NCBI RefSeq assembly: GCF_001194135.2
Contig: NC_068988.1
Span: forward strand, 88,720,328-88,784,327
Direction of reading: 5' to 3'
Source of the DNA: Octopus bimaculoides
Taxonomy: Eukaryota
DNA length: 64,000 nt
In this document: in pieces, positions 51,711-63,648 of the stretch
Layout of the letters: each line of letters begins with the position of its first letter
How positions within the stretch are numbered: the first letter of the stretch is position 1
Made by a program: the position numbers and the translations under genes
Notes under the pieces: model-generated
Told to the model about the DNA's origin: nothing
Seen by the model: the letters and a program-made list of their open reading frames with translations, nothing else
The model's database searches: none

Positions 51711-53067
51711 ACTACTGGTCACTGGTTCAATTTTCAACCGTTTCGAAGAATATATCCTTACTTCTCTTTATACTTCTACTGTTGTTGGTGTAGGTGATGA
51801 TGATGATGATGATGATGGTGGTGATGTTGTTGCAGCGGTAGTTGTTCTACATCCCACCCAGTAGTAGGGTAAATTAGACACAATACTGTTTCTGATTTTC
51901 TGTATTGGAACTGCATCACAGTCACAAGTGTCGTCTGACTAATGCTTTGAAAAAAATAAAAGCAAAAAAAACAACTGTCAATAGATCGAATCTTAACACT
52001 GTCGATGAGGTAAATTCTTTGCCAAGTGACGTATCATTTATCGATCCGTCTTTCTAGCTGTATATAGGTACTCGTTTACTGTAATCCACTTACAAATGAA
52101 TAGCTACTTTATACAACAATAGGCCATATTGCAGCTGTAGATACGTGCAGCATAAAACTTAAATCATATGTTAAAGTGTATTTGAATCCCTTTATATATA
52201 AATAAGTGCCACGATGAGTTACCGTTCACTTAGTTCCAATTAGATTTTATATGAGGTTTGTAATACAAGATGGAGTGTAAATGGTCTTACAGTAATAAGT
52301 ATGTAACATGAAGTATTACAGACCGCATTTTATATGAATATCATGGGGAAGGTCAATGATATCAAATCACTAATAGGTACCATAAGATAGTATATTGCAT
52401 GTGGTCTGAATTAGGACCTTCTGAATGATATATGGTCTACTTAATTATGAATAGTCACCGTGGGGAAATATCGTCCACCACGCTGTAAAAGTAAAATGTA
52501 CATGACATACGATTGATTAGTCTATGAATCGGTCCCATGAGGAGATGGTAATACTTTATGTGAATACCGCAGTAAGGTATTACTTACGCTATGTAACTGC
52601 CAATAGGCATCAACTGGGAAAGAAGAGTTCATCTATTTCCAAATAGCTACCATATTATGAAGCGCTTTGCTACATGAAGACCATTATTTATGTTAATTAA
52701 ATTATAATCAAATATGGTTAATTATCATAAGAAGGTTGAGCAAAGATTTCAACAGTGTTCCTTCCGCGGCATTTCTGGGTTTCAGGTTTTTGTATGGGTG
52801 TTTTGCATCATAGAAACAATAAAACAGATCGAATTGTTTCAATTCCAAAACCAGCAAAATTAGGCGAAATTGCAATGAAAATCAGGCGTGTATTTAACAA
52901 GGACACAGTAATGGTAAACATCAGAATAACCAAAGTATTATTTTATATATTCCCATGAAATTATGTGTTTATTGGCCGTACTAACGATATACAAATCCAA
53001 AATCTACTGCAGGTTTTGTTATCTGACAGAAGTGTTTAAAATTGGCACCACCAACTCAGAAGCTCGA

Positions 53068-53068
<1 letters not shown>

Positions 53069-53152
<84 letters not shown>
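53069..53152. repeat. (CA)n(TA)n microsatellite
   Basis: Read directly. Confidence 0.95.
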
Positions 53153-53157
<5 letters not shown>

Positions 53158-53921
53158 TAATGGAATTAAGTTATTTATAGGGCCTCAATTACGGTAAAGT
53201 GACTTGTGCTTTTTGCATAGAAAACAAAATCAATCGGTATCCTATCTTCAACATGCCTATGTGAGTGAGAATCCGAAAGTTCCGCCACAAGTAATAAATT
53301 TGTAAATCTGCACTAAAGAAAGTTATAAACGGGCAACAACAAGTAGTTCTTAAATCGCCGCAAGTTCATATTCTTCACGAAGAATAAAGTAAGCACTTCA
53401 GAAAGCTGTATTACAAGGAGGGATTCTTGGTCATCCATTCAGTTAACAATTGAAAGCTATAGATTATATATTCCAGAAGTGTAGCAACAAATTCTAACGT
53501 GTCACTTTATAGGTTTCCATACATCCATGAATTAATATATTCCATCCAGTGAACTGTTCGCAAATATACATTCCGATCGTAGTTTATATAATTACAGAGA
53601 ATATATGTGTACGGGATAAGATGGTTGCGTATGCATATATAAAGTGGTAATTACAGGAATGTATATATATATACACACACACACAATTGATAATATATAT
53701 GTGGGAGTGTGTATCAGGATTTATATGCATATGTGTGTGTACAGGTGTGTTTTAGCATGAATGGGTTACGATGTGATAACGTATGTTTGGTATGGGTTTT
53801 TCTGTGTATGCTTTATAATGTAAGCAAGGGTGTAATTTTAGATATTAACACCTTTCTTAGTGGGATATGTATAGGATTAGCAGAGTAATTTTGTATCACC
53901 ATCACAAATGTGTGTCCCCCC

Positions 53922-53993
<72 letters not shown>

Positions 53994-54127
53994 ATATGCA
54001 TAATGTAAGTGTATATGTATCTATGTATATGTCTATATGTATACAGACATGCATAAATGACGAGAAAGAGAAAGGAAGAAAGATGTTAACATGTGTCTTT
54101 GTCTATGTATGTATTTATGAATGTATG

Positions 54128-54158
<31 letters not shown>

Positions 54159-54163
54159 ATGTT

Positions 54164-54243
<80 letters not shown>

Positions 54244-55334
54244 TGTGTGCGCACGTGCGTGTGTGTATAAATGAAATTCAGCGTGAAAGAGCGAAAAATA
54301 TATAGCAGTATATGAAAGATAAAGTAAAGAAAGAGAGAAAATAGGTGATAGAGAGAGGGGGTGAGGACGAGAGAAAGAAAGAGAGAGGGAAAGAGAGATG
54401 GGTAAAAGGCAGAGACTATGAAGAAAAAAGAAAAGAGGCAGCTAAATAAAGGTGAAAGAATGAATATTAAATATATAAAGGGAGGCAGATGAAAAGTGAA
54501 GATGAGGCAGGGAGGTAAAAATTATTACGTGTATAGGAAAGAAAAAATAGTATGACAAAAATTAGTATGTAGATGAAGGGAGAGAAGGAGTAAGAGATAA
54601 ATGGGAAAATAATTTTTTCAAAAAGGAAAAGAGGGTAGGGAAGAAAGAGAGAAATAGATGTTGATGGCGGTGTAAAATCCACGAAGGGTCCAATAGTATT
54701 AATGCCCGGTTATGAAAAAAAAAACATGCGTGATCCAGGCCTCCCTCGATAAACATGTCTTGCTGTTGGGAATTCCTTGCAAACACTCAACTAACATACT
54801 TTGTGAAACGACACCCAATAACAGTAGCAGAAAGAGCGATGATAGTGTTGTTGTTGTTGATGTAGTTGTTGTTGTTGTTATTGGTGGTGAAGGAGGTAGT
54901 GGTTCAGTGGGGATGATAGTTTGGGTGGATAATGAAACGTTTGTGTCGAGGGAACAACAACAGGTAGATAGATGTTTTAAAGTGGTTTGGGAAAATGTAT
55001 GTTATTTCATTGTTTGATAATGCTTTGAAGAAAAAAAAATGGTGAGGAACAAACTACAAAAGGGGAGATGTTCTTTAAAAGCACCTACTCACACGCGAAT
55101 ACATATAAGCATTCACAAGCACGCATACAGACACACACACATATGTATATACATATATATATATGTAGACAGAGACATGCACACACAAAACGTCAGATGT
55201 GTATAAAGAAAAGTTTAATAGCACTTGCATAAGGTTGATAGAAGAAAAAATAACACGATGTGTTAAGCAATTTGTCATATTTAAATGTATGTGTGCACGT
55301 GTGTTTTTGTGGGTGTAGGCATATATTTAGATAC

Positions 55335-55373
<39 letters not shown>

Positions 55374-56254
55374 NNNNNNNNNNNNNNNNNNNNNNNNNNN
55401 NNNNNNNNNNNNNNNNNNNNNNNNNNNNNNNNNNNNNNNNNNNNNNNNNNNNNNNNNNNNNNNNNNNNNNNNNNNNNNNNNNNNNNNNNNNNNNNNNNNN
55501 NNNNNNNNNNNNNNNNNNNNNNNNNNNNNNNNNNNNNNNNNNNNNNNNNNNNNNNNNNNNNNNNNNNNNNNNNNNNNNNNNNNNNNNNNNNNNNNNNNNN
55601 NNNNNNNNNNNNNNNNNNNNNNNNNNNNNNNNNNNNNNNNNNNNNNNNNNNNNNNNNNNNNNNNNNNNNNNNNNNNNNNNNNNNNNNNNNNNNNNNNNNN
55701 NNNNNNNNNNNNNNNNNNNNNNNNNNNNNNNNNNNNNNNNNNNNNNNNNNNNNNNNNNNNNNNNNNNNNNNNNNNNNNNNNNNNNNNNNNNNNNNNNNNN
55801 NNNNNNNNNNNNNNNNNNNNNNNNNNNNNNNNNNNNNNNNNNNNNNNNNNNNNNNNNNNNNNNNNNNNNNNNNNNNNNNNNNNNNNNNNNNNNNNNNNNN
55901 NNNNNNNNNNNNNNNNNNNNNNNNNNNNNNNNNNNNNNNNNNNNNNNNNNNNNNNNNNNNNNNNNNNNNNNNNNNNNNNNNNNNNNNNNNNNNNNNNNNN
56001 NNNNNNNNNNNNNNNNNNNNNNNNNNNNNNNNNNNNNNNNNNNNNNNNNNNNNNNNNNNNNNNNNNNNNNNNNNNNNNNNNNNNNNNNNNNNNNNNNNNN
56101 NNNNNNNNNNNNNNNNNNNNNNNNNNNNNNNNNNNNNNNNNNNNNNNNNNNNNNNNNNNNNNNNNNNNNNNNNNNNNNNNNNNNNNNNNNATATATGCAG
56201 AAATACATGCATACATACATGCATACATACAATACATACGTATGTTTCTATGTA

Positions 56255-56306
<52 letters not shown>

Positions 56307-57309
56307 CTTATATGACAGAGAAAGTCAGACAGAGGGAGAAGAAAAAGGAGAGTGAGAGAGAGAGAGACAGAGAGTCAGGTAGACACAGAGAAAGTATTGG
56401 AAGTCATTAGATATGTTTACGGTTAGTAGTGAATTGACAGATAATGAGTTCAATACCCATTGATTCTATAGCTTTCAATTGTCGTGCAATGATGGGTGAA
56501 GTAGCAGATGATTGTGGCGGTGGTGCTTGTGACTCTACAGATTTTGGTAAAGGGTAAGAGTAGGGTTGGTTGTTGAGTCGACATATCGTAGAGTAGAGAG
56601 TATAGATTTAAATGTGAATGAGGAGGTGGGTACAGACAATGTTTGTGTGAAGACTGCAGCAAAACAAAAGACGATGGTTCAACACAATGCATTTCATTAG
56701 AAAGAAATCGACGTGGTTAGGTTTCTGATGACGATGTGGTGATGGTCGTGGTGGTGGTAGTTGTGGTGATGGTGATGGTGATGGCGGTAGTAGTAGAAAT
56801 GGCGGCAAATGTTGTCTTATTGTTTTGGTCACAGTGTTGTTGTTGTTGGTGGTGGTGTTTGTGGTGCAGTAGTTATTTTGCAAAGGCAGATTTGTAGAAG
56901 TTGTTCTTTAGTTCTACGTCAGTCATGACTAAGCAATCCCATATAAAAAGTATTCCAATCATGACCATCCCGTCTTTTTACCAATTTGGATTGAATTGAG
57001 TAGTACAATGTCTAATGTGTCGGTTTTTAATATAGCAGAATGTGATTTGATGTGATTAGAACCCGCAATTAGTGGCTTCTGCCTTGGTTATCTGTACAGA
57101 TTGTGTATGGGTATGGCGGGGGTAGAAATACTGTAACTCCTTTAGTATTTTTTACTGTATATGCAGACACGGATGTTAATATTTAACCCTTTTGATAGCA
57201 ACTCCCACCTGTGAAACTGATCCTGTTTCCATGATAAAAAGATTCTCTTTTAAAGTGACCTAATTAAAACCTTCCATCAAAATTTCATGTTAATATATGT
57301 TTCAAATCA

Positions 57310-57529
57310 TTTCCACTAAAGGCACAAGGCCAGAACTTTTTTTCTGCAGGTAGGAGGAATAGTCGATTGCATAGACTCCAGTAGTTCACTGGTACTTAAT
57401 TTATTGAACCTGAAATGTTGAAAGGCAAAGTTGATCTCGGTGGTATCCGGACTCAGAACGTAAATACGGACGAAATGTCGTTAAACATTTCGTCCGGTGC
57501 GCTAACGATTCTATCAGCCAACCGCCTTA
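57310..57529 (-). mobile_element. SINE family A, tail type 2 (first of a tandem pair)
   Basis: actggtacttaatttattgaacctgaaatgttgaaaggcaaagttgatctcgg...actcagaacgtaa. Confidence 0.9.
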
Positions 57530-57545
57530 CACAGCCTTAATATCC

Positions 57546-57811
57546 TTTCTACTAAAGGCACAAGGTTCAATATTTGCGGAGGGAGAAATAGTCGATCACA
57601 TTGACCCCAATATTTCACTGGTAATTAATTTATCGACCCTCAAAAGTTTGTAAGGGAAAGTTGACCCTGAAAGATGAAAGGCAAAGTTGACCCTGAAAGA
57701 TAAAAGGCAAAGTCGACCTCGGTGGAACTTGACTTCAGAACGTAAAGACGAACAAAATGTCGGTAAAAAAATTTTCGCAGCGAGATAACAATTCTGCCAG
57801 CTCGCCGAATT
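57546..57811 (-). mobile_element. SINE family A with an internally triplicated core (second of the pair)
   Basis: The unit gaccctgaaagatgaaaggcaaagtt is repeated at 57635-57720. Confidence 0.9.
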
Positions 57812-59644
57812 ACACCACCTTTATAATAAGTGTTATTTTTCCTGAATTCTTTATTATTTTCAAAATCAATTGACCCAAACGCAGTGTACCGACACAGAAA
57901 TATAGAAACAAAACGGTTAAGAAAGAGAGGTTTGAAGTAACACACACTATGATAGTGCTGTTTTCAAAGATGCTAGTGCCTAGGTAAGATTTTGTCGATG
58001 AAAGAGGATTGCGATGGCTGTGAGAGTGACGTTCTTTGTGTTGACGATTGGTAAACCTTATGCCGACCATGGTGACGGCGACACTGGCGACGCTGGTTAC
58101 GATGATACGAATGATGATAACAGTGATGAAAATAATGATAATGAGGTGTTGTTCTTGATTATAATGCGATATTGATGATAATAATGATGATGATTATGAT
58201 GTTGCCGAAGAAGAGGCAAAGGAAAACCTCCACAATGCAAGAAATAAAAAACAGACAAAAAAACAAGCAATAAAAGCGTAAGAAAGAAAGGTAGTAATAG
58301 GACAAGAGGAAGAGAAATAAGAAGAAAAAGAAACATAATGATAAATTATGGTCACTGTATCAGTACTGATTTCGGTATATAACAATTAATAAGTATACTT
58401 GTGTGAACTAGGAAAGTCTCTTTTTACAAAGTTTACAGACGGTGACTGTATGATATACAGAGATCCAGACAAGAAAAATGTGAGAAGAAAAATATATCTA
58501 CAAAAATTGACAGCAAAGTTAGAAATATAAGAAAATTTCCTAACTACATTAACAAAGAGAATAAATCCCATAAATTATCAACCAACCTAATAAGAAACAC
58601 AGGTTGATAATTAAAAAAATTGTGGCACAAACGTTATTCATAAAATGGCTGACTTAGAAACTGAGAGAGTATTTTATCATACAATCAAATAATATTGAAT
58701 AGCGAATAATTTAGATATATTTATGATCACCATTATTTGATTGACTTGTGTCAGATACTAACCATATCGTTGGTTGCATATTAAATTGATCATTCAATGA
58801 ACACACACGTAGACACACATACGGACAGACGCATACACGGTCATAGTTTAGACAAAACGTCATAAAGATACTACTGGAAAAAATGTCACCCAGGAATATA
58901 TTGCAACTCAAAAACAGATTCTTTCCACAGTCAACAACTCATATTAAAACGCATCGACTCGCAAACAAAATATCAACACTAACAACACAATAAAGGAAAA
59001 ACTCAATTGTTCACTCTCAAATGATATTACAATAAAGAATGAACACGGAAAGAAAGCTATCCCGTAAGTGAGTGCAATACGCTAGCGCAAGAAGAGTGTA
59101 TTTGTTGGCATGACTGTGAAATGAAATGTGTTCATTGTGATGCTTGCCAAGTTGCTCGATTCAAAGTAGCACAAAAGTGGTGAGAACACGAGACGCATAA
59201 AAAATAGCTAGATTTTATGGGATTACTATCTAAAGACTGACCATACTATTGACGCAAGGAAATGAGATATAATTTTAGAGAACACAAAACACAAACAGCA
59301 TCAAATCTTAGATTTGTAATTCCATAATGATAATGTACAGAATATCAAACGAACTGCGGCAGTTTAGAACAATTAGGACGTGGACAGAAAGATGAAGAAA
59401 TTATGGAAGACAAAAATGACAATTATTCCTGTTGGAATTGGTGCACTTAGCACAACATCCGAAATGCTAAGGATTTAAGGAAATTGTAATTGAGATTTAC
59501 CCTGTCAATCTGCACAAAAAATATTTTGTTACCATGTAACGAAACGTTTTCGTGATGTCAGGTAACTCATTGTCACACAACCTCGGTATAGTATCTCTTC
59601 TAGTTAAATTAACATATAATAGCTTTTTTATTATAAATGATAAC

Positions 59645-59743
59645 GTTTCCAAATTTTATAACAAAATTGTCAATTTCAGGGAAGATGATTAGTCGATTAA
59701 ATCGACCCCCAATGTACAGTTGGCACTTATTATCACGATCCTA
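59645..59743 (-). mobile_element. SINE family A 3' fragment
   Basis: gtttccaaatttt...agtcgattaaatcgacccccaatg..ttggcacttat. Confidence 0.6.
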
Positions 59744-59811
59744 GTGGCATTTGATGATAATGATGAGGATAACGAAGCCGATGACGACTTCCATTTTCCA
59801 ACTACTGTCAC

Positions 59812-59819
59812 TGCTACTA

Positions 59820-59890
<71 letters not shown>

Positions 59891-59921
59891 GCCGCCGCCG
59901 CCGCCATCACCACCACCACCA
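59812..59921. repeat. (ACT)n(GCC)n(ACC)n compound repeat
   Basis: Read directly. Confidence 0.9.
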
Positions 59922-59923
59922 AC

Positions 59924-60013
59924 GGTTTCAAATTTTGGCACAAAGCCAACAACTTCGTGGAAAGCGGAATGAATTACATCGATCCCAGTACTCAACTGAT
60001 ACTTATTTAATCG
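59924..60013 (-). mobile_element. SINE family A 3' fragment cut by a gap
   Basis: ggtttcaaattttggcacaaagcc...acatcgatcccagtactcaactgatacttatttaatcg. Confidence 0.8.
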
Positions 60014-60487
60014 NNNNNNNNNNNNNNNNNNNNNNNNNNNNNNNNNNNNNNNNNNNNNNNNNNNNNNNNNNNNNNNNNNNNNNNNNNNNNNNNNNNNNNN
60101 NNNNNNNNNNNNNNNNNNNNNNNNNNNNNNNNNNNNNNNNNNNNNNNNNNNNNNNNNNNNNNNNNNNNNNNNGACTGGGTACATATTTTATATACACCTC
60201 TAATTGAGGCGAAATATCTCTTATCAAAGAGATGATTCGATGTTTCTAAAATTGAATAAAACAAATAAAATAATGAAGAAAACACAGCTTCTTGCACATG
60301 ATGAACAATAATAATGTCACATATATGGTTTTGTTAAGCAGCATCAATTTTTACAATTCTGTAAATAATAATAATAATAGTATTTTATAAGCTTAAAGCT
60401 TATAAGCGATCACTGCGCAATGGCAAAAGCAAATAGTCTAAAAATGGGGCATATAAGCCCTCGACAGAACAAAAAGTAGATTTTTCC

Positions 60488-60559
60488 CGTACGCGTGGGG
60501 CTCAAACGCACACCTTTTCGTTAAAGCGACCAAATGTGCTACCGTTACACCAACGCACT
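60488..60559 (-). pseudogene. tRNA-like unit 1 (72 nt, cloverleaf-like, degenerate)
   Basis: AGTGCGT/GCGTACG acceptor; TGGTGTAACGGTAGCAC D-arm and A-box; T-arm GTGCG-TTTGAGC-CCCAC with mutations; anticodon loop CGCTTTA is degenerate. Confidence 0.65.
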
Positions 60560-60672
60560 AACCTGCTTCTTTTTGTCAGATTTAAGAAGTATAATTAGTT
60601 CATAGTTGCTTTTGTCAACAAACTTTCCTGCCCTTTCGCTGTGATGGTTTTGCCAGGAAGCGTCGACTTACA

Positions 60673-60736
60673 CGTACGCATGGGGTTCGAACCCACACCT
60701 CTTTGTTTATGCGACCAAGAGTGCTACCGTTACACC
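60673..60736 (-). pseudogene. tRNA-like unit 2 (possibly tRNA-Met CAT-derived; 5' acceptor arm replaced by the TIR)
   Basis: GGTGTAACGGTAGCAC...TTGGT-CGCATAA-ACAAA-GAGGT-GTGGG-TTCGAAC-CCCAT-GCGTACG. Perfect B-box GGTTCGAACCC; 54/64 identical to unit 1. Confidence 0.7.
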
Positions 60737-60886
60737 TACTTTTTTTTCTGTCGAGTGCTTATATGCACCATTATTAGACTATATTCTTTAATCATTGCGC
60801 AATCATTGCTTGTAAGCTTTAAGCTTATAACATATTATTGTTATTATTATTATTATTATTGTTGTTGTTGTTGTTGTTCTTGTATT

Positions 60887-60921
<35 letters not shown>

Positions 60922-62427
60922 GTATACATAGGTGTACATATGTATATATTGGTGCTCTATATTTTTACAGATTATAGTTTATCATCATCCTATTTATTGT
61001 GGCGTAACATTTGTATAAATAAAACGTTTAACTGAGCATATCAAGTTCAATATTATAATCATTGCTGTTACATTTAAATACATCATTTCATTTCGTCGTT
61101 ATTCAATTCCCAGCAACAGGTGCTTAATATGCGGCGCCGGTTTCATATGCCGTATATGTGAGTGTGTACGTGCATATGTGTGTATTTTGAGTATATGTGT
61201 GTGTGTGTGTGCACGCATGTATGTATCTGTGTGTATGTTGGTGTGTGTGTATGTGTGTTTGTGTGTATACCTACACATCTTTGTGTGGATATATGCATAT
61301 ACGTATAGCAATTGATCCATTATCAAACATATCCAATTATATTATAATTTGTGTCTTTGTGCTTCCTCGTTCTCAGTGGCTTTTTATCTTTTACTTTCTA
61401 TGAATCACCTTTCTATGCATGGGGACAGACAAAAGTCGTATCTTACTCTGTGCTTTCAACTATTTGGTTCTCTTCACCCTTCTCTCAGTATACTACTTTC
61501 AGTAGATGGGACGACAAATGAAGTCACCAGACACAGACATCTGTACGCCATTGTATTATTACGAAAATAGTTTGTACAGCACAAGTGCCACCTCGGAGTC
61601 TTTGTAATTATCATTTAGTGTCAGGACGAATTGAGATGACTAGCAATGAAATAGAACCGCTAGATTTACATCAGTTTCTCTCACTCTTTGAAAGATGTTG
61701 TGAATACAGCTAGATATACCTCACTCCTAGGTATTTTACTGTTTGGTCTTACAACAATAAACAATTTTGCTTCGTGCCGCCCTGCTGGAATGCTATTACG
61801 AATGGTAGTTAAGCCACAGAATGGTAGCTGACAGGTGCTACTACTCCAGAAGAGTGAACACTTGGTAACAATAATGGTTAAGTGGTGATTCCACACACCT
61901 ACAAACTCTAGAACTCACGAACCAGAGCCCTCTGCCAATATTAAAGTCATACTCGGGATATACATACATAAACATTCATACAAACATACGTACATACATA
62001 CAGACATCCATACATATTTGTGTGTGTGTGTATATANNNNNNNNNNNNNNNNNNNNNNNNNNNNNNNNNNNNNNNNNNNNNNNNNNNNNNNNNNNNNNNN
62101 NNNNNNNNNNNNNNNNNNNNNNNNNNNNNNNNNNNNNNNNNNNNNNNNNNNNNNNNNNNNNNNNNNNNNNNNNNNNNNNNNNNNNNNNNNNNNNNNNNNN
62201 NNNNNNNNNNNNNNNNNNNNNNNNNNNNNNNNNNNNNNNNNNNNNNNNNNNNNNNNNNNNNNNNNNNNNNNNNNNNNNNNNNNNNNNNNNNNNNNNNNNN
62301 NNNNNNNNNGTCTGTTGTTGTACTTGGGGATGGTCATATTGCCAGTTTAGCCAATAAAAACACACGCACTGTATATTTGGTGTTAATTTGCTTCAGCTTT
62401 ATATTACATTAATCTTAATCTTATTTC

Positions 62428-62472
62428 GGCCAGAGTTCTTTCGTCACACTTCTGTGACCTCATCAGTGGTCC
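62428..62472 (-). ncRNA. Minimal type-I hammerhead ribozyme fold
   Basis: GGACCA-CTGATGA-G-GTCACA(gaag)TGTGAC-GAAA-G(aa)C-TC-TGGCC. Perfect 6-bp stem II, 2-bp stem III, CUC cleavage triplet, bulged stem I. Confidence 0.65.
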
Positions 62473-62526
62473 TTTGTTTCCTTCCTTCTTATGTGTGTCT
62501 CACCTTGCTAACTATCAGCCATTTTG

Positions 62527-62565
<39 letters not shown>

Positions 62566-62742
62566 TTATGAATAGACGAAAAATATTCATCAGCTGATGC
62601 ATACACTATCACGTGACCCTTTCAAAACACGCACACACATGTATACTCATGTATAAATATAGACTACAGATACGTACACATAAATATACATATAGCAAAA
62701 ATTGGTACCTTGTGCCACTATTTTCTGTATATACAATGAGAT

Positions 62743-62825
62743 GATGATGATGAAGATGATGATGATGATGAAGATGATGATGATGATGAAGATGAAGATG
62801 ATGACGACGACGACCACAACCATGA
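62743..62825. repeat. (GAT/GAA/GAC)n repeat
   Basis: Read directly. Confidence 0.9.
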
Positions 62826-63611
62826 CGGCAACTATTTCGATGATAATGAATCCAGTAGACGAACGATAACAGCGATAAGATGTCTGATATACTGTTAGAA
62901 AAGCCATTGAATCACATTGAAAATATATGAAAACGGAAAGCGTCTGACGTCTGATGGAGACCAAAGTTTTTTCTCTCTCTCTTTTCTTTACCACCGCCCA
63001 CTCTCTATTTCTTTCTATCTATCCATCTTCCAAGCCTTTTGTTACACTCGCCTGTATTCATCCTCGCAATCTTTATACTTCCCGCCTACAATATTTAACA
63101 ATCAATCGCATCTGAGGTAAACAAAGCCCACCAAATCAGTTCTTGTTACTTCGAATTAGCTGTGTTGTGTTATTATCTTTTTTCTTGCCTTTTATACATT
63201 TGAAGCGGTTTCTTTTTAGCTTCATTCAAGATTTTCTTTTACCTCCTTCCTTTAAGTGTCTCTTCATTATTCTATTATATATTAGTCGTCTATGTAAGTG
63301 AAAGTGTGTGGGGGCATATATATGTATATATACACATATATACGTATATATATATNNNNNNNNNNNNNNNNNNNNNNNNNNNNNNNNNNNNNNNNNNNNN
63401 NNNNNNNNNNNNNNNNNNNNNNNNNNNNNNNNNNNNNNNNNNNNNNNNNNNNNNNNNNNNNNNNNNNNNNNNNNNNNNNNNNNNNNNNNNNNNNNNNNNN
63501 NNNNNNNNNNNNNNNNNNNNNNNNNNNNNNNNNNNNNNNNNNNNNNNNNNNNNNNNNNNNNNNNNNNNNNNNNNNNNNNNNNNNNNNNNNNNNNNNNNNN
63601 NNNNNNNNNNN

Positions 63612-63648
<37 letters not shown>

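Larger units (their letters stand above)
60385..60830. mobile_element. MITE/foldback-like element, 446 bp, with 95-bp TIRs enclosing two tRNA-like repeats
   Basis: 60385-60479 versus the reverse complement of 60736-60830 is ungapped, 82/95 identical by hand count. No ORF inside. Confidence 0.85.

Noticed and set aside
56410-56660. Exon-like minus-strand stretch (ESQAPPPQSSATSPIIARQLKAIESM)
   Set aside because: Several frames are partly open, splice signals are ambiguous, and no homology was recognised.
60488-60736. Functional tRNA genes
   Set aside because: Anticodon stems are mismatched, position 33 is not U, and unit 2 lacks its 5' acceptor arm, so these are reported as tRNA-like only.
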